From positions 128,001 through 192,000 of the forward strand of contig CAWIGG010000004.1 of the NCBI GenBank assembly GCA_963835575.1: a DNA stretch of 64,000 nucleotides. Reading direction: 5' to 3'. The position numbers were made by a program, and so were the translations under genes. The notes beneath the pieces were generated by a model. It had not been told where the DNA came from, made no database searches, and saw nothing but the letters and a program-made list of their open reading frames with translations. The first letter of the stretch is position 1. The number at the start of each line of letters is the position of its first letter. The stretch comes from an uncultured Spirochaetota bacterium. Its GTDB lineage: Bacteria; Spirochaetota; Brevinematia; Brevinematales; JAOACQ01. Below, one piece after another: positions 29,375 through 38,654 of this stretch.

Positions 29375-29875
29375 TAATCCGCTAATACACGCGAATAAAC
29401 GCGAAGTAAAAAGAAGGAATAATTAATGCCTGATGAATTGATATTCAAAGATGAAGTGTTCAAAATAATCGGTTGTGCAATAGATGTCCAGAATGAATTG
29501 GGAATTGGTTTTTTAGAAGCAGTTTATCAGGAAGCTCTTGAGATCGAATTAAAAAAGCAACATGTGCCTTTTGAATCTCAAAAACGAATAAAAATTATTT
29601 ATAAAGAACAGATTCTTCAGAATGAATATATTGCTGATTTAGTATGTTTCAGCAATATTATAATCGAGCTTAAGGCTGAAGAAAAGCTGACATCCATAGA
29701 TAAATCTCAATTGCCGAATTATTTGAAGGCAACCGGCTTGCCTTTAGGACTGTTGATAAACTTTGGGGCAAAAAATAAATTGGAATGGAAAAGATTTGCC
29801 CGCACTAATTGCAGTAAGAATAAACAGTAAATTTAAACATATTATTAGCGTGACTTCGCGTGGCTTCGCGGAAGA
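29375..29875. mobile_element. Putative GxxExxY cassette bounded by 10-nt-periodic inverted repeats (family B)
   Basis: Left arm TCCGCTAATACACGCGAATAAACGCGAA, right arm TTAGCGTGACTTCGCGTGGCTTCGCGGA; 21/28 match as an IR; interrupts an ABC operon. Confidence 0.55.
29426..29830 (+). CDS. GxxExxY protein (PD-(D/E)xK-like nuclease family)
   Basis: GIGFLEAVYQEAL, ADLV, IIELKA, GLLINFG; visibly more AT-rich than its neighbours. Confidence 0.92.
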   Translation: MPDELIFKDEVFKIIGCAIDVQNELGIGFLEAVYQEALEIELKKQHVPFESQKRIKIIYKEQILQNEYIADLVCFSNIIIELKAEEKLTSIDKSQLPNYLKATGLPLGLLINFGAKNKLEWKRFARTNCSKNKQ

Positions 29876-29893
29876 CCTCACAAAGGAATTGTT

Positions 29894-30866
29894 ATGGAAA
29901 AAAACATCCTGGAAATACAGGACCTGACGGTCGAATTCGAGCTTGAGAACAGTTCTATCCGCGCCGTCGATGATGTGACGCTTGACATCGGCCCGTCCGA
30001 AGTGCTCGGTTTGGTCGGCGAATCCGGCTGCGGAAAAAGCACAACCGCTTTGTCAATTTTAAGGCTTATTCCATCGCCTCCCGGCAGAATTTCCGGCGGC
30101 AGAATACTCTGGAAGAAAAATGACCTCCTGGAACTTCCGATTGACCGGATGCGCGCGGTCCGGGGCCGTGAAATCAGCATGATCTTTCAGGAGCCCCTGT
30201 CCAGCTTTAATCCGGTCCAGAAAATCGGGAAGCAGGTTGAAGAGACTCTCTTGATCCATGAAAATATTGAAAAAGAAAGCACCCGGGACAGGGTCATCAA
30301 GATGTTCGGGCATGCGGGCCTCAAAAACCCGGAGCAGGTTTATGAATCCTATCCCCATGAACTATCCGGCGGCATGCGCCAGCGCGCCATGATCGCCATG
30401 GCCCTGATCCTGCAGACCCGAGCTCCTTATCGCCGACGAGCCGACAACGGCGCTGGATGTCACCATCCAGGCCCAGATCCTGAGCCTTATCAAGGACCTG
30501 CAGGAGGAGAACAGAATGTCGGTCCTTCTGATCACGCATAACCTGGGCATCGTCGCGCAGGTGGCTGACAGGGTGGCCGTGATGTACACGGGAAAGATCA
30601 TTGAGAACTCTCCCGTTTCCGATCTCTTTAAAAATCCCCTGCATCCCTATACGCAGGCGCTCCTGAAATCCGTCCCCAACCCGAACAGGAAGGGAAAACT
30701 GTATGCCATACCCGGAACCATCCCGAACATGGCCGATCTGCCGGGCGGCTGTCCGTTCCATCCCCGGTGTGAATCCGCCATGCCGGTCTGCAGGGAAAAA
30801 TTCCCGGACACAAAAGAAATGGAGAAAGGGCACAGCACGGCCTGCTGGCTTTACCTGGAGAATTGA
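29894..30866 (+). pseudogene. Peptide ABC transporter ATP-binding protein (OppD/DppD-like) with a +1 frameshift
   Basis: GESGCGKS...LSGGMRQR, then an extra base near 30413-30416; the shifted frame continues [10 protein letters not shown]...HPYTQAL...CPFHPRC. Confidence 0.85.
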
Positions 30867-31835
30867 ATGCAGAATATTATTGAGGTTAACAATTTAAAAA
30901 AATATTTCCCTATCCGCTCAGGGCTTTTCGGCCGTACGAAAAAATGGGCCGCGGCTGTGGATGATATCAGCTTTGCCGTCAGGGCGGGGGAAACGCTCGG
31001 CCTTGTCGGGGAGTCCGGCTGCGGAAAGACGACCGCCGCGCGCTGCATCCTGAGGCTTCTGGAAGCGACAGGCGGAGAAGTGATTTTTGAAGGCCGGAAT
31101 ATTTTAGAGCTCAAAGCCTCAGAAATGCGCCGGCTGAGGCGGAAAATGCAGATCATTTTTCAAGACCCGTATTCCTCGCTTAATCCGCGCCGTGTTATCC
31201 TCGATATCATCGGCGAGGGGCTGGAAATCCATAAAATGATAAAAGATAAAAAAGAGCTCCATGAAAAAGTAGCCGCTCTTCTTGAAAAGGTCGGCCTTTC
31301 TTCAGACATCATCTACCGCTATCCCCATGAGTTTTCCGGCGGCCAGCGGCAGAGGATTTCCATAGCCAGGGCCATATCGCTGTCGCCTTCATTTATTGTC
31401 TGCGACGAGCCGGTCTCTTCCTTAGACGTTTCCATACAGGCGCAGATCATCAATCTGCTGATGAAGCTCCAGGAAGAAATGAATATCACCTATCTATTTA
31501 TCGCGCACGACCTGGCGCTGGTCAAACATATCTCGCACAGGATCGCCGTGATGTACCTTGGGCAGATTGTTGAAACGGCGCCTTCGGAAGAGCTTTTTAA
31601 AAACCCCCTTCATCCTTATACCCTGATGCTCCTCTCATCCATTCCTGTGCCCGATCCGGAGATCAAACAGAAACGCGTCATCATGAGCGATGAGATCACA
31701 AAATTGCCGGAAGGAAAAAAGGGATGCGTCTTCGCTCCCCGCTGTCCCGAAGCGTCGAAGGAATGTTCGGAAAGCGGGATTGAGGATAAGTTTGTGACAA
31801 AAGACCATATGGTGAAGTGTTTGAAATTTAAGTAG
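30867..31835 (+). CDS. Peptide ABC transporter ATP-binding protein (OppF/DppF-like)
   Basis: GESGCGKT, FSGGQRQR, CDEPVS, HPYT, CVFAPRC. Confidence 0.92.
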   Translation: MQNIIEVNNLKKYFPIRSGLFGRTKKWAAAVDDISFAVRAGETLGLVGESGCGKTTAARCILRLLEATGGEVIFEGRNILELKASEMRRLRRKMQIIFQDPYSSLNPRRVILDIIGEGLEIHKMIKDKKELHEKVAALLEKVGLSSDIIYRYPHEFSGGQRQRISIARAISLSPSFIVCDEPVSSLDVSIQAQIINLLMKLQEEMNITYLFIAHDLALVKHISHRIAVMYLGQIVETAPSEELFKNPLHPYTLMLLSSIPVPDPEIKQKRVIMSDEITKLPEGKKGCVFAPRCPEASKECSESGIEDKFVTKDHMVKCLKFK

Positions 31836-31896
31836 AGTGTGCCGCAGAGGCATCCTTTGCCCTCCCTTCAAAAGACTTTTTGAAAACTTTTTTATT

Positions 31897-32053
31897 AACC
31901 ACAAAGTACACGAAGAACACGAAGTTTTTAATAATTGGACAAACTTTTTTGTTTAATTATCGTTGAACTTCTTTAATGAAGTTATAAAATGAAAATATTA
32001 TAAATTTTGACTAACCCATTTATTTTCTTCGTGTTCTTCGTGGTCTTCGTGGT
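31897..32053. repeat. 9-nt-periodic inverted repeat element without cargo
   Basis: AACCACAAAGTACACGAAGAACACGAAG ... CTTCGTGTTCTTCGTGGTCTTCGTGGT around an AT-rich spacer. Confidence 0.75.
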
Positions 32054-32183
32054 GAAATTTTGACTTTTCATACAGTCTGCAAGACGGGGCTCTGGACAGG
32101 CTCCGGACACACACATAGATATTATAATATATTTTTCAGCTGCTTTATGGATTTTACCCTCTATTCGACAGGGCCAGGGAAAG

Positions 32184-32227
32184 CGCGGTGAAATTTTGCG
32201 GTTTTTTCTTCCCGGAAGTACAATATC
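32184..32227 (+). promoter_or_regulatory. Promoter-containing 44-bp repeat (inverted partner at 34209-34252)
   Basis: TTGCGG-17-TACAAT; 36/44 identity to the reverse complement of 34209-34252. Confidence 0.6.
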
Positions 32228-32278
32228 TGATGCAGAATGATAGTTTTTCCTATTTGTAAAAATTATAGAGGAGGATTT

Positions 32279-32866
32279 ATGAAAAGAAAAGGGTGGCTGA
32301 TCACAGTATTAATCGTGGTATGTATTTCTTGGGTTTATGCCGTTAACAAGTACGGTATTAAATCCGGTATTATAACAATGGAAAGCGTAAGCACAATCGG
32401 TAAAATGAAAATAAAAATGACAAAAATCATTTATTTCGACGATTACGGAATGAAAGAATGCCAGGAAACTTATACGGACGGCAAGATAAGTCATGTGTTT
32501 TTCTGCGACGGGAAGGAAAAGATTTCTCTGACGCCTTTAAAGAAAAAGGCTCTTAAACAGGGCGCGGCAGACAACGGTATCGGAATGCGGGTCGATATCA
32601 ACGATATGGGAACGAAAAAAGACATCGATTCGGGGATGGTAAAAAAAATGCCGCCCATGACCATTGCCGGCCAGTCATGTGAAATTATCCAGGTCGCCAG
32701 AAAAGACGGCGCTAAAGATATCTACGGCGGATGGAATAACGTGCTGGTGTATTTGAAAACAAGCGCTTCCGGTGTAGCCACCGAGATGAAAGCCGTCAAG
32801 ATTGTAGCAAACGCGGCTGTACCGAAGGATAAATTTCAGGTCCCGGCCGGATATACCGTGCAATAA
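32279..32866 (+). CDS. Secreted hypothetical protein
   Basis: Signal peptide; IYFDDYGMKE, TIAGQSC, C-terminal FQVPAGY; GAGGAGG RBS. Confidence 0.65.
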   Translation: MKRKGWLITVLIVVCISWVYAVNKYGIKSGIITMESVSTIGKMKIKMTKIIYFDDYGMKECQETYTDGKISHVFFCDGKEKISLTPLKKKALKQGAADNGIGMRVDINDMGTKKDIDSGMVKKMPPMTIAGQSCEIIQVARKDGAKDIYGGWNNVLVYLKTSASGVATEMKAVKIVANAAVPKDKFQVPAGYTVQ

Positions 32867-32937
32867 AATTCAGGCAATAAAAAAAGCCGTACTGTCGACG
32901 GTTTGTTATTTATTTTAATTCATCTCTGATTATAATT

Positions 32938-34110
32938 TTACCTGTCAGCCGCTTTTTCCGGCGCGGGCACCAGGTCTTCCAATAGTTCGACGGCGCGGCC
33001 GGCATCAGGCATCGCCGCGATTTCATTTTGAATGCTCCGTGCGCGCTCGCGGTAGCTTGCGCTGCCGAGCACTTCGCGCACTCCGTCCCGTATTGCCTGC
33101 GGGTTCAGCCGGTCGGGTGAAATGACACATGCGGCGCCAAGTTCGGCGCAGCGCTCCGCGTGGGCCGGCTGATCTGCCCCGATTGGAATGACCAGCATCG
33201 GCAATCCATGGCTTAAAGCCGACATTACCGTGTTATAACCCCCGTGGGTGATAACCATGCCGCAATGAGGGAAGAGGAGCGTTTGCGGGATGTACCGCTC
33301 GATATGAATGTTTTCCGGCTGCGGACCGAAAGCATCGGGATTTTGCGTTCGTCCTACAGTGAGGATAAGGTTTAAGGGCTCGTCCCGCAACCCGGCAAGG
33401 ATCATGTCGAAAATGCCTCTGCTCATCTGGTTATAGACAGTTCCAAGGGTGGCGTATACCACCGGCCGAGCAGAAAGTTTTTCAACCCAATCGGGCAGGG
33501 TTTCTGTTCCGGTGCGGTCAAACACCGGCGGACGGATGCTGTGCGCTGTCTTACCCGCTGATGCGGCCGGCTGGAAACTGTCCGGGAGACAATGCAGGTA
33601 CAGATATCGATAAAGTGTTTTAAGCTGAGGGTCAGGCGGCAGCCCATAGGCAGCGCGCAGACCGTCCAATTGTCTGCCGATCCAGTCCATCGACTGGAAA
33701 AAACCGATCCCAAGCACGGCATGCGGCAAATTCAGCACCTCGGCCGCGATGTAACCCCCGAATTCCCAGGTTTCACGCAAGATGATATCGAAATGCTGAT
33801 CTTTTACTATCCTGATTAGATCTGATGCCATGGGCTGGGCCGCGGCATGACTGAAGACAAACCTCGCGGCGAAATCGGAGATTTCAGTTAAAGTCATTGT
33901 CTGTATTTGAGGGAAGGTTTTTTCGGTCTCATCCGTGTTCCAGTCAAGACCGGCCGGGACCGTTTTTAATCCAGCCGCCTCGACCGCCTGGCAAAATGAA
34001 CGGGCACAGGCTACCGTAACTTCATGTCCGGACTTTTCGATTGCCTTTGCCAGGGGAACCATCGGATGGAAATGCCCGTAGGACGGCTCGGTTGTCAATA
34101 AAACTTTCAT
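32938..34110 (-). CDS. GT1/MGT-family glycosyltransferase (macrolide glycosyltransferase-like)
   Basis: YGHFHPMVPLA, YATLGT, IPQ, THGGYNT, PIGADQ; ATG 34110 after GGAGG. Confidence 0.88.
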   Translation of the reverse strand: MKVLLTTEPSYGHFHPMVPLAKAIEKSGHEVTVACARSFCQAVEAAGLKTVPAGLDWNTDETEKTFPQIQTMTLTEISDFAARFVFSHAAAQPMASDLIRIVKDQHFDIILRETWEFGGYIAAEVLNLPHAVLGIGFFQSMDWIGRQLDGLRAAYGLPPDPQLKTLYRYLYLHCLPDSFQPAASAGKTAHSIRPPVFDRTGTETLPDWVEKLSARPVVYATLGTVYNQMSRGIFDMILAGLRDEPLNLILTVGRTQNPDAFGPQPENIHIERYIPQTLLFPHCGMVITHGGYNTVMSALSHGLPMLVIPIGADQPAHAERCAELGAACVISPDRLNPQAIRDGVREVLGSASYRERARSIQNEIAAMPDAGRAVELLEDLVPAPEKAADR

Positions 34111-34208
34111 AGCGGCCTCCGCATAAAAACATTCAAAGAATGACAACGTTTTCCTTTCCAGTCTTCCACCTGATAGTTATAGGAAATATTAAAATCCTTC
34201 TACCGCCG

Positions 34209-34252
34209 GATATTCTACCTCAAGGCATAAAAAACCTCAAAAATTCACCGCG
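34209..34252 (-). promoter_or_regulatory. Promoter-containing 44-bp repeat upstream of the glycosyltransferase
   Basis: TTGAGG-17-TAGAAT on the minus strand; homologous to 32184-32227. Confidence 0.6.
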
Positions 34253-34295
34253 TTTCTTCTGTATCCGGTTTGATTTCAGGGTCTATTAAAATTTT

Positions 34296-35345
34296 TTACA
34301 CGATCAGCAATTTGAGAAGGCTGCTCACCTCTTCTTCCACGACCTGTTTTGTCTGGGCGCCCTGCATCGTCCCCGCCAGACTGCCGTCCTTAAAAATCAG
34401 TAATGTCGGTATGGAAGTGATTTTATATTCAGAGGAAATGACGGGGTTTTCATCGACATTGAGCTTGCCGTAAACCACCCTTCCGGCGTATTCTTTTGCC
34501 AGCTCTTCAATCACAGGGGACATCATACGGCAGGGAGCGCACCATTCAGCCCATGAATCGACGACAAGGCGCGGGTATTTCAATAGCGCTTCCTTAAAAT
34601 TGGATTCTCCCAGTAATATGACGCTGTCCGGATTGTCTTCTAATACCATCGCCTCGGCTTTTTCTTTCTCTTTCTGCTTTAAGTATTCCTCAAAGGCCCC
34701 GGAACCATATCTCAGTACTTCAGTTAATAATTTCGGCTCCGGCTGGACCCCGAGCATCCGGCTTTCTTTCACTTCGTTAACCATCAGTATCGGCACAGAG
34801 GAAATGTCCAGGTCCTGCGACAGGCTTAAATTTTCCTCCGCTTCTATCACCTCGGATGAAACAAGGTCATTCCGGGCCACGGCAAAGCGGTTCGCCAGCG
34901 CGGCCGCCTGCGGGCAGTACGGACATGATGTCGTCACAAAAGTCTGGAGTTTGACCGGTTTATCAAGCTTTTTGACCGCCTCAAGCGATTCGGCGGAAAG
35001 CCCGGCTTCGCCTGTGGAAATCATCTTGATCGTCTCAATCAGGGTATTGGCCTCATGACCGGCCGGCGTCCCGCTGAAATAGATTTTATAACCCAGGTCC
35101 TCGCCGAACACGATATACGGGTCAATCGGAAATCCTTTCTTTTTTCCTTCTTCAGCGCTGAAAATATTGATCTTTATTTTATCCGAAATAAGGGCAAGCT
35201 CTCTTAAAAACTCGGCCGTGAATTCGGCGTACTGCCCCGTTTGCGCGGAATAGACTTTAATATCAACGTCCCTTTTGAGCGACTTATCAAACGTGTCCTT
35301 TAAAAAAGCCGTTGTCGCCTCATCAATCAACCGTTCCATAAACAT
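34296..35345 (-). CDS. Protein-disulfide oxidoreductase (AhpF-NTD/PDO-like) fused to thioredoxin
   Basis: GTPAGHE, CPYC, then a C-terminal WAEWCAPC thioredoxin domain; ATG 35345 after AAGGAG. Confidence 0.85.
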   Translation of the reverse strand: MFMERLIDEATTAFLKDTFDKSLKRDVDIKVYSAQTGQYAEFTAEFLRELALISDKIKINIFSAEEGKKKGFPIDPYIVFGEDLGYKIYFSGTPAGHEANTLIETIKMISTGEAGLSAESLEAVKKLDKPVKLQTFVTTSCPYCPQAAALANRFAVARNDLVSSEVIEAEENLSLSQDLDISSVPILMVNEVKESRMLGVQPEPKLLTEVLRYGSGAFEEYLKQKEKEKAEAMVLEDNPDSVILLGESNFKEALLKYPRLVVDSWAEWCAPCRMMSPVIEELAKEYAGRVVYGKLNVDENPVISSEYKITSIPTLLIFKDGSLAGTMQGAQTKQVVEEEVSSLLKLLIV

Positions 35346-35509
35346 CTCCTTTCTTCTTATAATATAATCAATAATTATGACTTTTGCAAAAATATTTAGC
35401 ATCAAACCCGAGTCCCCAATTTATTAATACCGTTCATTTTTTTCCTGAATAAAAGCGATATTCTTTTTTTATATTCCTCAAAACGGATTCATACTTTTCC
35501 ATAATTTAC

Positions 35510-35553
35510 TTGACATCTATATCGTTGTATTATACAATGTTTGTATCATACAA
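35510..35553 (+). promoter_or_regulatory. Promoter with a tandem palindromic operator upstream of marR-hgcAB
   Basis: TTGACA(35510)-17-TACAAT(35533); perfect 6-1-6 palindromes TTGTATTATACAA (35525-35537) and TTGTATCATACAA (35541-35553). Confidence 0.75.
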
Positions 35554-35567
35554 TACAGGAAATTATT

Positions 35568-36032
35568 ATGAATATTCAGGATGTAAAACAATTCAGGGCC
35601 GGCTTAAGGGCCCTGGAAAGGGAAATCGGCGACCAGATAAAAAAAGATGTCACATGCTGCGGCGTCAGGCAGGACGAGTGCCATACGCTGATGGAGCTGG
35701 ACGATGAAAATGAGATGAGCCTGAAAGATCTCTCGGAAAGGCTCGATACCGACAAGGGCAATTTAAGCCGTACGATTGACAGGCTTGTCAAAATAGGATT
35801 TGTCCGCAGGGCCGGGTCGCCCTCAGACAGGCGGCAGGTTCTGGTCTCTCTAACAGAAAAAGGCAGAATAAAAGCGGCCTCGATCCATGAAATCTGCAAC
35901 CCTGAATACCAGGAGCTTTTCAGTTATATCCCCGAGGAAAAACACGACGCGGTCATAGAAGGGATAAAACTCCTGGCGGACGGACTTTCCCGTATGAAAA
36001 AGAAGCGGGAAAACGCTTCCTGTATAAAATAA
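35568..36032 (+). CDS. MarR-family transcriptional regulator with a Cys-Cys motif
   Basis: LSRTIDRLV, DRRQVLVSLTEKG winged helix; N-terminal TCCGV..ECH. Confidence 0.85.
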   Translation: MNIQDVKQFRAGLRALEREIGDQIKKDVTCCGVRQDECHTLMELDDENEMSLKDLSERLDTDKGNLSRTIDRLVKIGFVRRAGSPSDRRQVLVSLTEKGRIKAASIHEICNPEYQELFSYIPEEKHDAVIEGIKLLADGLSRMKKKRENASCIK

Positions 36033-36050
36033 AGATATTAGAGGATTTAT

Positions 36051-37133
36051 ATGGCCCAAAACACATGCTGCGGGAATGATCCCGGCCCCAATACGGGGAA
36101 AAACTTATCGTCATTAAAAAATAAATCAATAGTTTTATGGAAAGACACACCGGCCGGAAAAATCCCGATTGTGTCCGCAAAACTATCTCTCGGAGACAGA
36201 CTCGGCGGCTGGCGCGTCCGCTGGCGCTTTAATAGGGATAACTACAGGGTCCGGCCCGGCCTTTACGGCGTCGGGGAACCGGATAAGACTTCGCCCGTTT
36301 TTGTCAGCGCCAATTATAAATTTTCTTTTGACGCGCTCAGGAAAGAGCTTTCCGACATTGACGCCTGGGTCCTTGTCATCGACACAAAAGGCATCAATGT
36401 CTGGTGCGCCGCCGGGAAAGGGACTTTCGGCACAAAAGAGCTGATAGCAAGGATCATCAATCATAATCTTGCCGGTCTGGTCAGTCACAGGAACGTGATA
36501 CTTCCCCAACTGGGCGCTGTCGGCGTGTCGGCGCATAAAGTGACTTCATTCACGAAGTTTAAAGTCATTTACGGACCTGTTAAAGCGGAAGATATCCCCG
36601 CTTTCTTAAAAAATAATTATAAAAAAACCGAAGAAATGAAACTTGTACCATTCGGCTGGAAGGACCGCCTCATAATTGTTCCCGCCGAATTAGTCGAGTC
36701 TTTTCTCCCGGCGCTGGCTGTCCTTGCCGTTATTTCCATTTTCTATTTCATCCAGCGGCATTCATTAAATCCTGATATAATGAAAAGTCTTGTCCCATTC
36801 ATCGGCTCGATCATAACCGGAGCGGCGCTTGTGCCCCTGTTCCTGCCGTTCATTCCCGGCCGGTCCTTCGCATGGAAGGGTTTTCTTATAGGATTATTAT
36901 GGGCCTTAATTTCAATTCTAATTTATTCCCGGTCCCTGGTTTATTCCCTGTTTCTTCTATTAACGCTTCCGCCCATCAGCTCTTTTATCGCCTTGAACTT
37001 TACCGGGGCGACAACCTTTACTTCGCAGACGGGGGTTAAGAAGGAAATGCGCTACGCCATTCCCTATTATATTGTATCAATCGGACTGGGTTTGATTGTA
37101 AAGACAGTTTCCTTATTTATTCCGAATATATAA
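36051..37133 (+). CDS. hgcA: Mercury methylation corrinoid protein HgcA
   Basis: Cap-helix motif NVWCAAGKG, ILPQLGA, C-terminal TM helices with NFTGATTFTS..GVKKE. Confidence 0.95.
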   Translation: MAQNTCCGNDPGPNTGKNLSSLKNKSIVLWKDTPAGKIPIVSAKLSLGDRLGGWRVRWRFNRDNYRVRPGLYGVGEPDKTSPVFVSANYKFSFDALRKELSDIDAWVLVIDTKGINVWCAAGKGTFGTKELIARIINHNLAGLVSHRNVILPQLGAVGVSAHKVTSFTKFKVIYGPVKAEDIPAFLKNNYKKTEEMKLVPFGWKDRLIIVPAELVESFLPALAVLAVISIFYFIQRHSLNPDIMKSLVPFIGSIITGAALVPLFLPFIPGRSFAWKGFLIGLLWALISILIYSRSLVYSLFLLLTLPPISSFIALNFTGATTFTSQTGVKKEMRYAIPYYIVSIGLGLIVKTVSLFIPNI

Positions 37134-37167
37134 AGTAATCTAAATAAGAGATATTATGATCTCGGAT

Positions 37168-37264
37168 AACGGGTAATCCGCTAATGCACGCGAATAAACG
37201 CGAATGGATTTGATAAATTTGTGAAATATTTTATTAGCGTGTCTTCGCGCGGCTTAGCGGAAGA
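37168..37264. repeat. Family B element, empty copy, between hgcA and hgcB
   Basis: Both arms nearly identical to those flanking GxxExxY; only ~28 nt of AT-rich spacer. Confidence 0.85.
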
Positions 37265-37313
37265 TTTCAACCTTTTTAATGTATATTAATGAATATGAAT
37301 TGAGGAGAAAATT

Positions 37314-37601
37314 ATGAAATTGCAATACCTCAAGAATATAACGACCCTCCGGCTCTTTCAGGATAAATGCACAGGCTGCGGCATGTGCTCCGAAGTCTGC
37401 CCGCATGCTGTGTTCATAATTAACGACAAAAAAGCTATAATAACAGATAAAGATTCATGCATGGAATGCGGGGCATGCATGCAGAACTGTCCTGCCGGGG
37501 CCATTCAGGTCAATACCGGCGTCGGCTGCGCCGCCGCTCTTATCAGGGGCGCCCTGACCGGCTCAGACCCGGCCTGCGGTCCTTCCTGCGGATGCTCATA
37601 G
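37314..37601 (+). CDS. hgcB: Mercury methylation ferredoxin HgcB
   Basis: Two CxxCxxCxxxCP motifs including CMECGAC, plus GVGCA and a Cys-rich tail; downstream of hgcA. Confidence 0.93.
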   Translation: MKLQYLKNITTLRLFQDKCTGCGMCSEVCPHAVFIINDKKAIITDKDSCMECGACMQNCPAGAIQVNTGVGCAAALIRGALTGSDPACGPSCGCS

Positions 37602-37640
37602 TTATCCTGAATTAAGCAATTTATTTAACAAATATGATAC

Positions 37641-37708
37641 GGATAATCCGCTGATACACGCGAATGAACACGAAGGCCTCACCCCGCCTCGCAAGGCTTA
37701 GCGGAAGA
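37641..37708. repeat. Family B left arm, partial family D and short right arm
   Basis: TAATCCGCTGATACACGCGAATGAACACGAA-GGCCTCACCCCGCCTCGCAAGGCT-TAGCGGAAGA. Confidence 0.75.
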
Positions 37709-37769
37709 TTGATCTCTCTTGTCTCTGTGTTGAGATCAAAAGTATTAAAAAGATGATATGAGGTGAAAA

Positions 37770-38645
37770 ATGATCGGGAAAAAACCAAAAATTACCGGCG
37801 TCTGGCTGCCGATCGTCACGCCGTTTCTTGACGGCGAGGTCGATTATGAATCCTACGAAAAGCTTGTCCGGCATTATATCAGTAAAGGCATTTCAGGTAT
37901 CATTCCGGCGGGGACCACAGGCGAAAGCCCGGCCCTGTCCGATTATGAATACGAGAAGATAATGGAAAAAACAATTGAGGCCGTTGATGGAAAAATCCCC
38001 ATATATATGGGTTTGGGCGGTAATTATACAAAAAAAGTGGTTGATCATATAAAGACTGTTGAAAAATATAAAATCGACGGGATCCTTTCCGTCTGTCCCT
38101 ATTATAACCGGCCTGACCAGCGGGGTATAGAGGAGCATTTTAAGAAAATTTCCGGGGCGACTGATCTCAGTATCATCATTTATAATATACCTTACAGGAC
38201 CGGCAGGAACATTGAAAACGCCACAATCCGCAGGCTTGCCGGACTGGCCAATATCGCCGGGCTTAAAGATTCATGCGGAGACATCAGGCAGACCATGGAG
38301 CTTTTAATGAATCCGCCGCCGGACTTTTCTATTCTGACAGGCGAGGATATATTATATTACATTACTCTAACGATGGGCGGAGATGGTGGAATTTTGGCCG
38401 CGGCGCATCTTTACACGGAAGATTATATCGATATATTTAATTCCCTGCAGGAGAATAATCATCAGAAAGCGCTGGGAGTCTGGAAAAAGCTTTCTCAAAT
38501 AATCCCGCTCCTCTTTATCGAGCCCAATCCGGCGCCCGTTAAATATTGTCTGAGAAAGCTCGGATTAATAGCCTCGGATGAAGCGCGCCTGCCGCTCATG
38601 TCCATTACTGAAACTCTCAGGAAGGAACTGGATAATTTTTTATAA
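37770..38645 (+). CDS. dapA: 4-hydroxy-tetrahydrodipicolinate synthase
   Basis: GTTGES, PYYNRP, IYNIPYRTG, GLKDS, PNPAPVK. Confidence 0.93.
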   Translation: MIGKKPKITGVWLPIVTPFLDGEVDYESYEKLVRHYISKGISGIIPAGTTGESPALSDYEYEKIMEKTIEAVDGKIPIYMGLGGNYTKKVVDHIKTVEKYKIDGILSVCPYYNRPDQRGIEEHFKKISGATDLSIIIYNIPYRTGRNIENATIRRLAGLANIAGLKDSCGDIRQTMELLMNPPPDFSILTGEDILYYITLTMGGDGGILAAAHLYTEDYIDIFNSLQENNHQKALGVWKKLSQIIPLLFIEPNPAPVKYCLRKLGLIASDEARLPLMSITETLRKELDNFL

Positions 38646-38654
38646 ATCTTTTTT

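Noticed and set aside
28110..30416. Programmed ribosomal frameshifting in the ABC genes
   Set aside because: No canonical slippery heptamer or stimulatory structure is evident; a sequencing error or mutation is simpler.
36051..37133. HgcA as an acetyl-CoA synthase corrinoid subunit (CdhD/E)
   Set aside because: The cap-helix Cys motif, C-terminal TM domain and adjacent hgcB identify it as HgcA.
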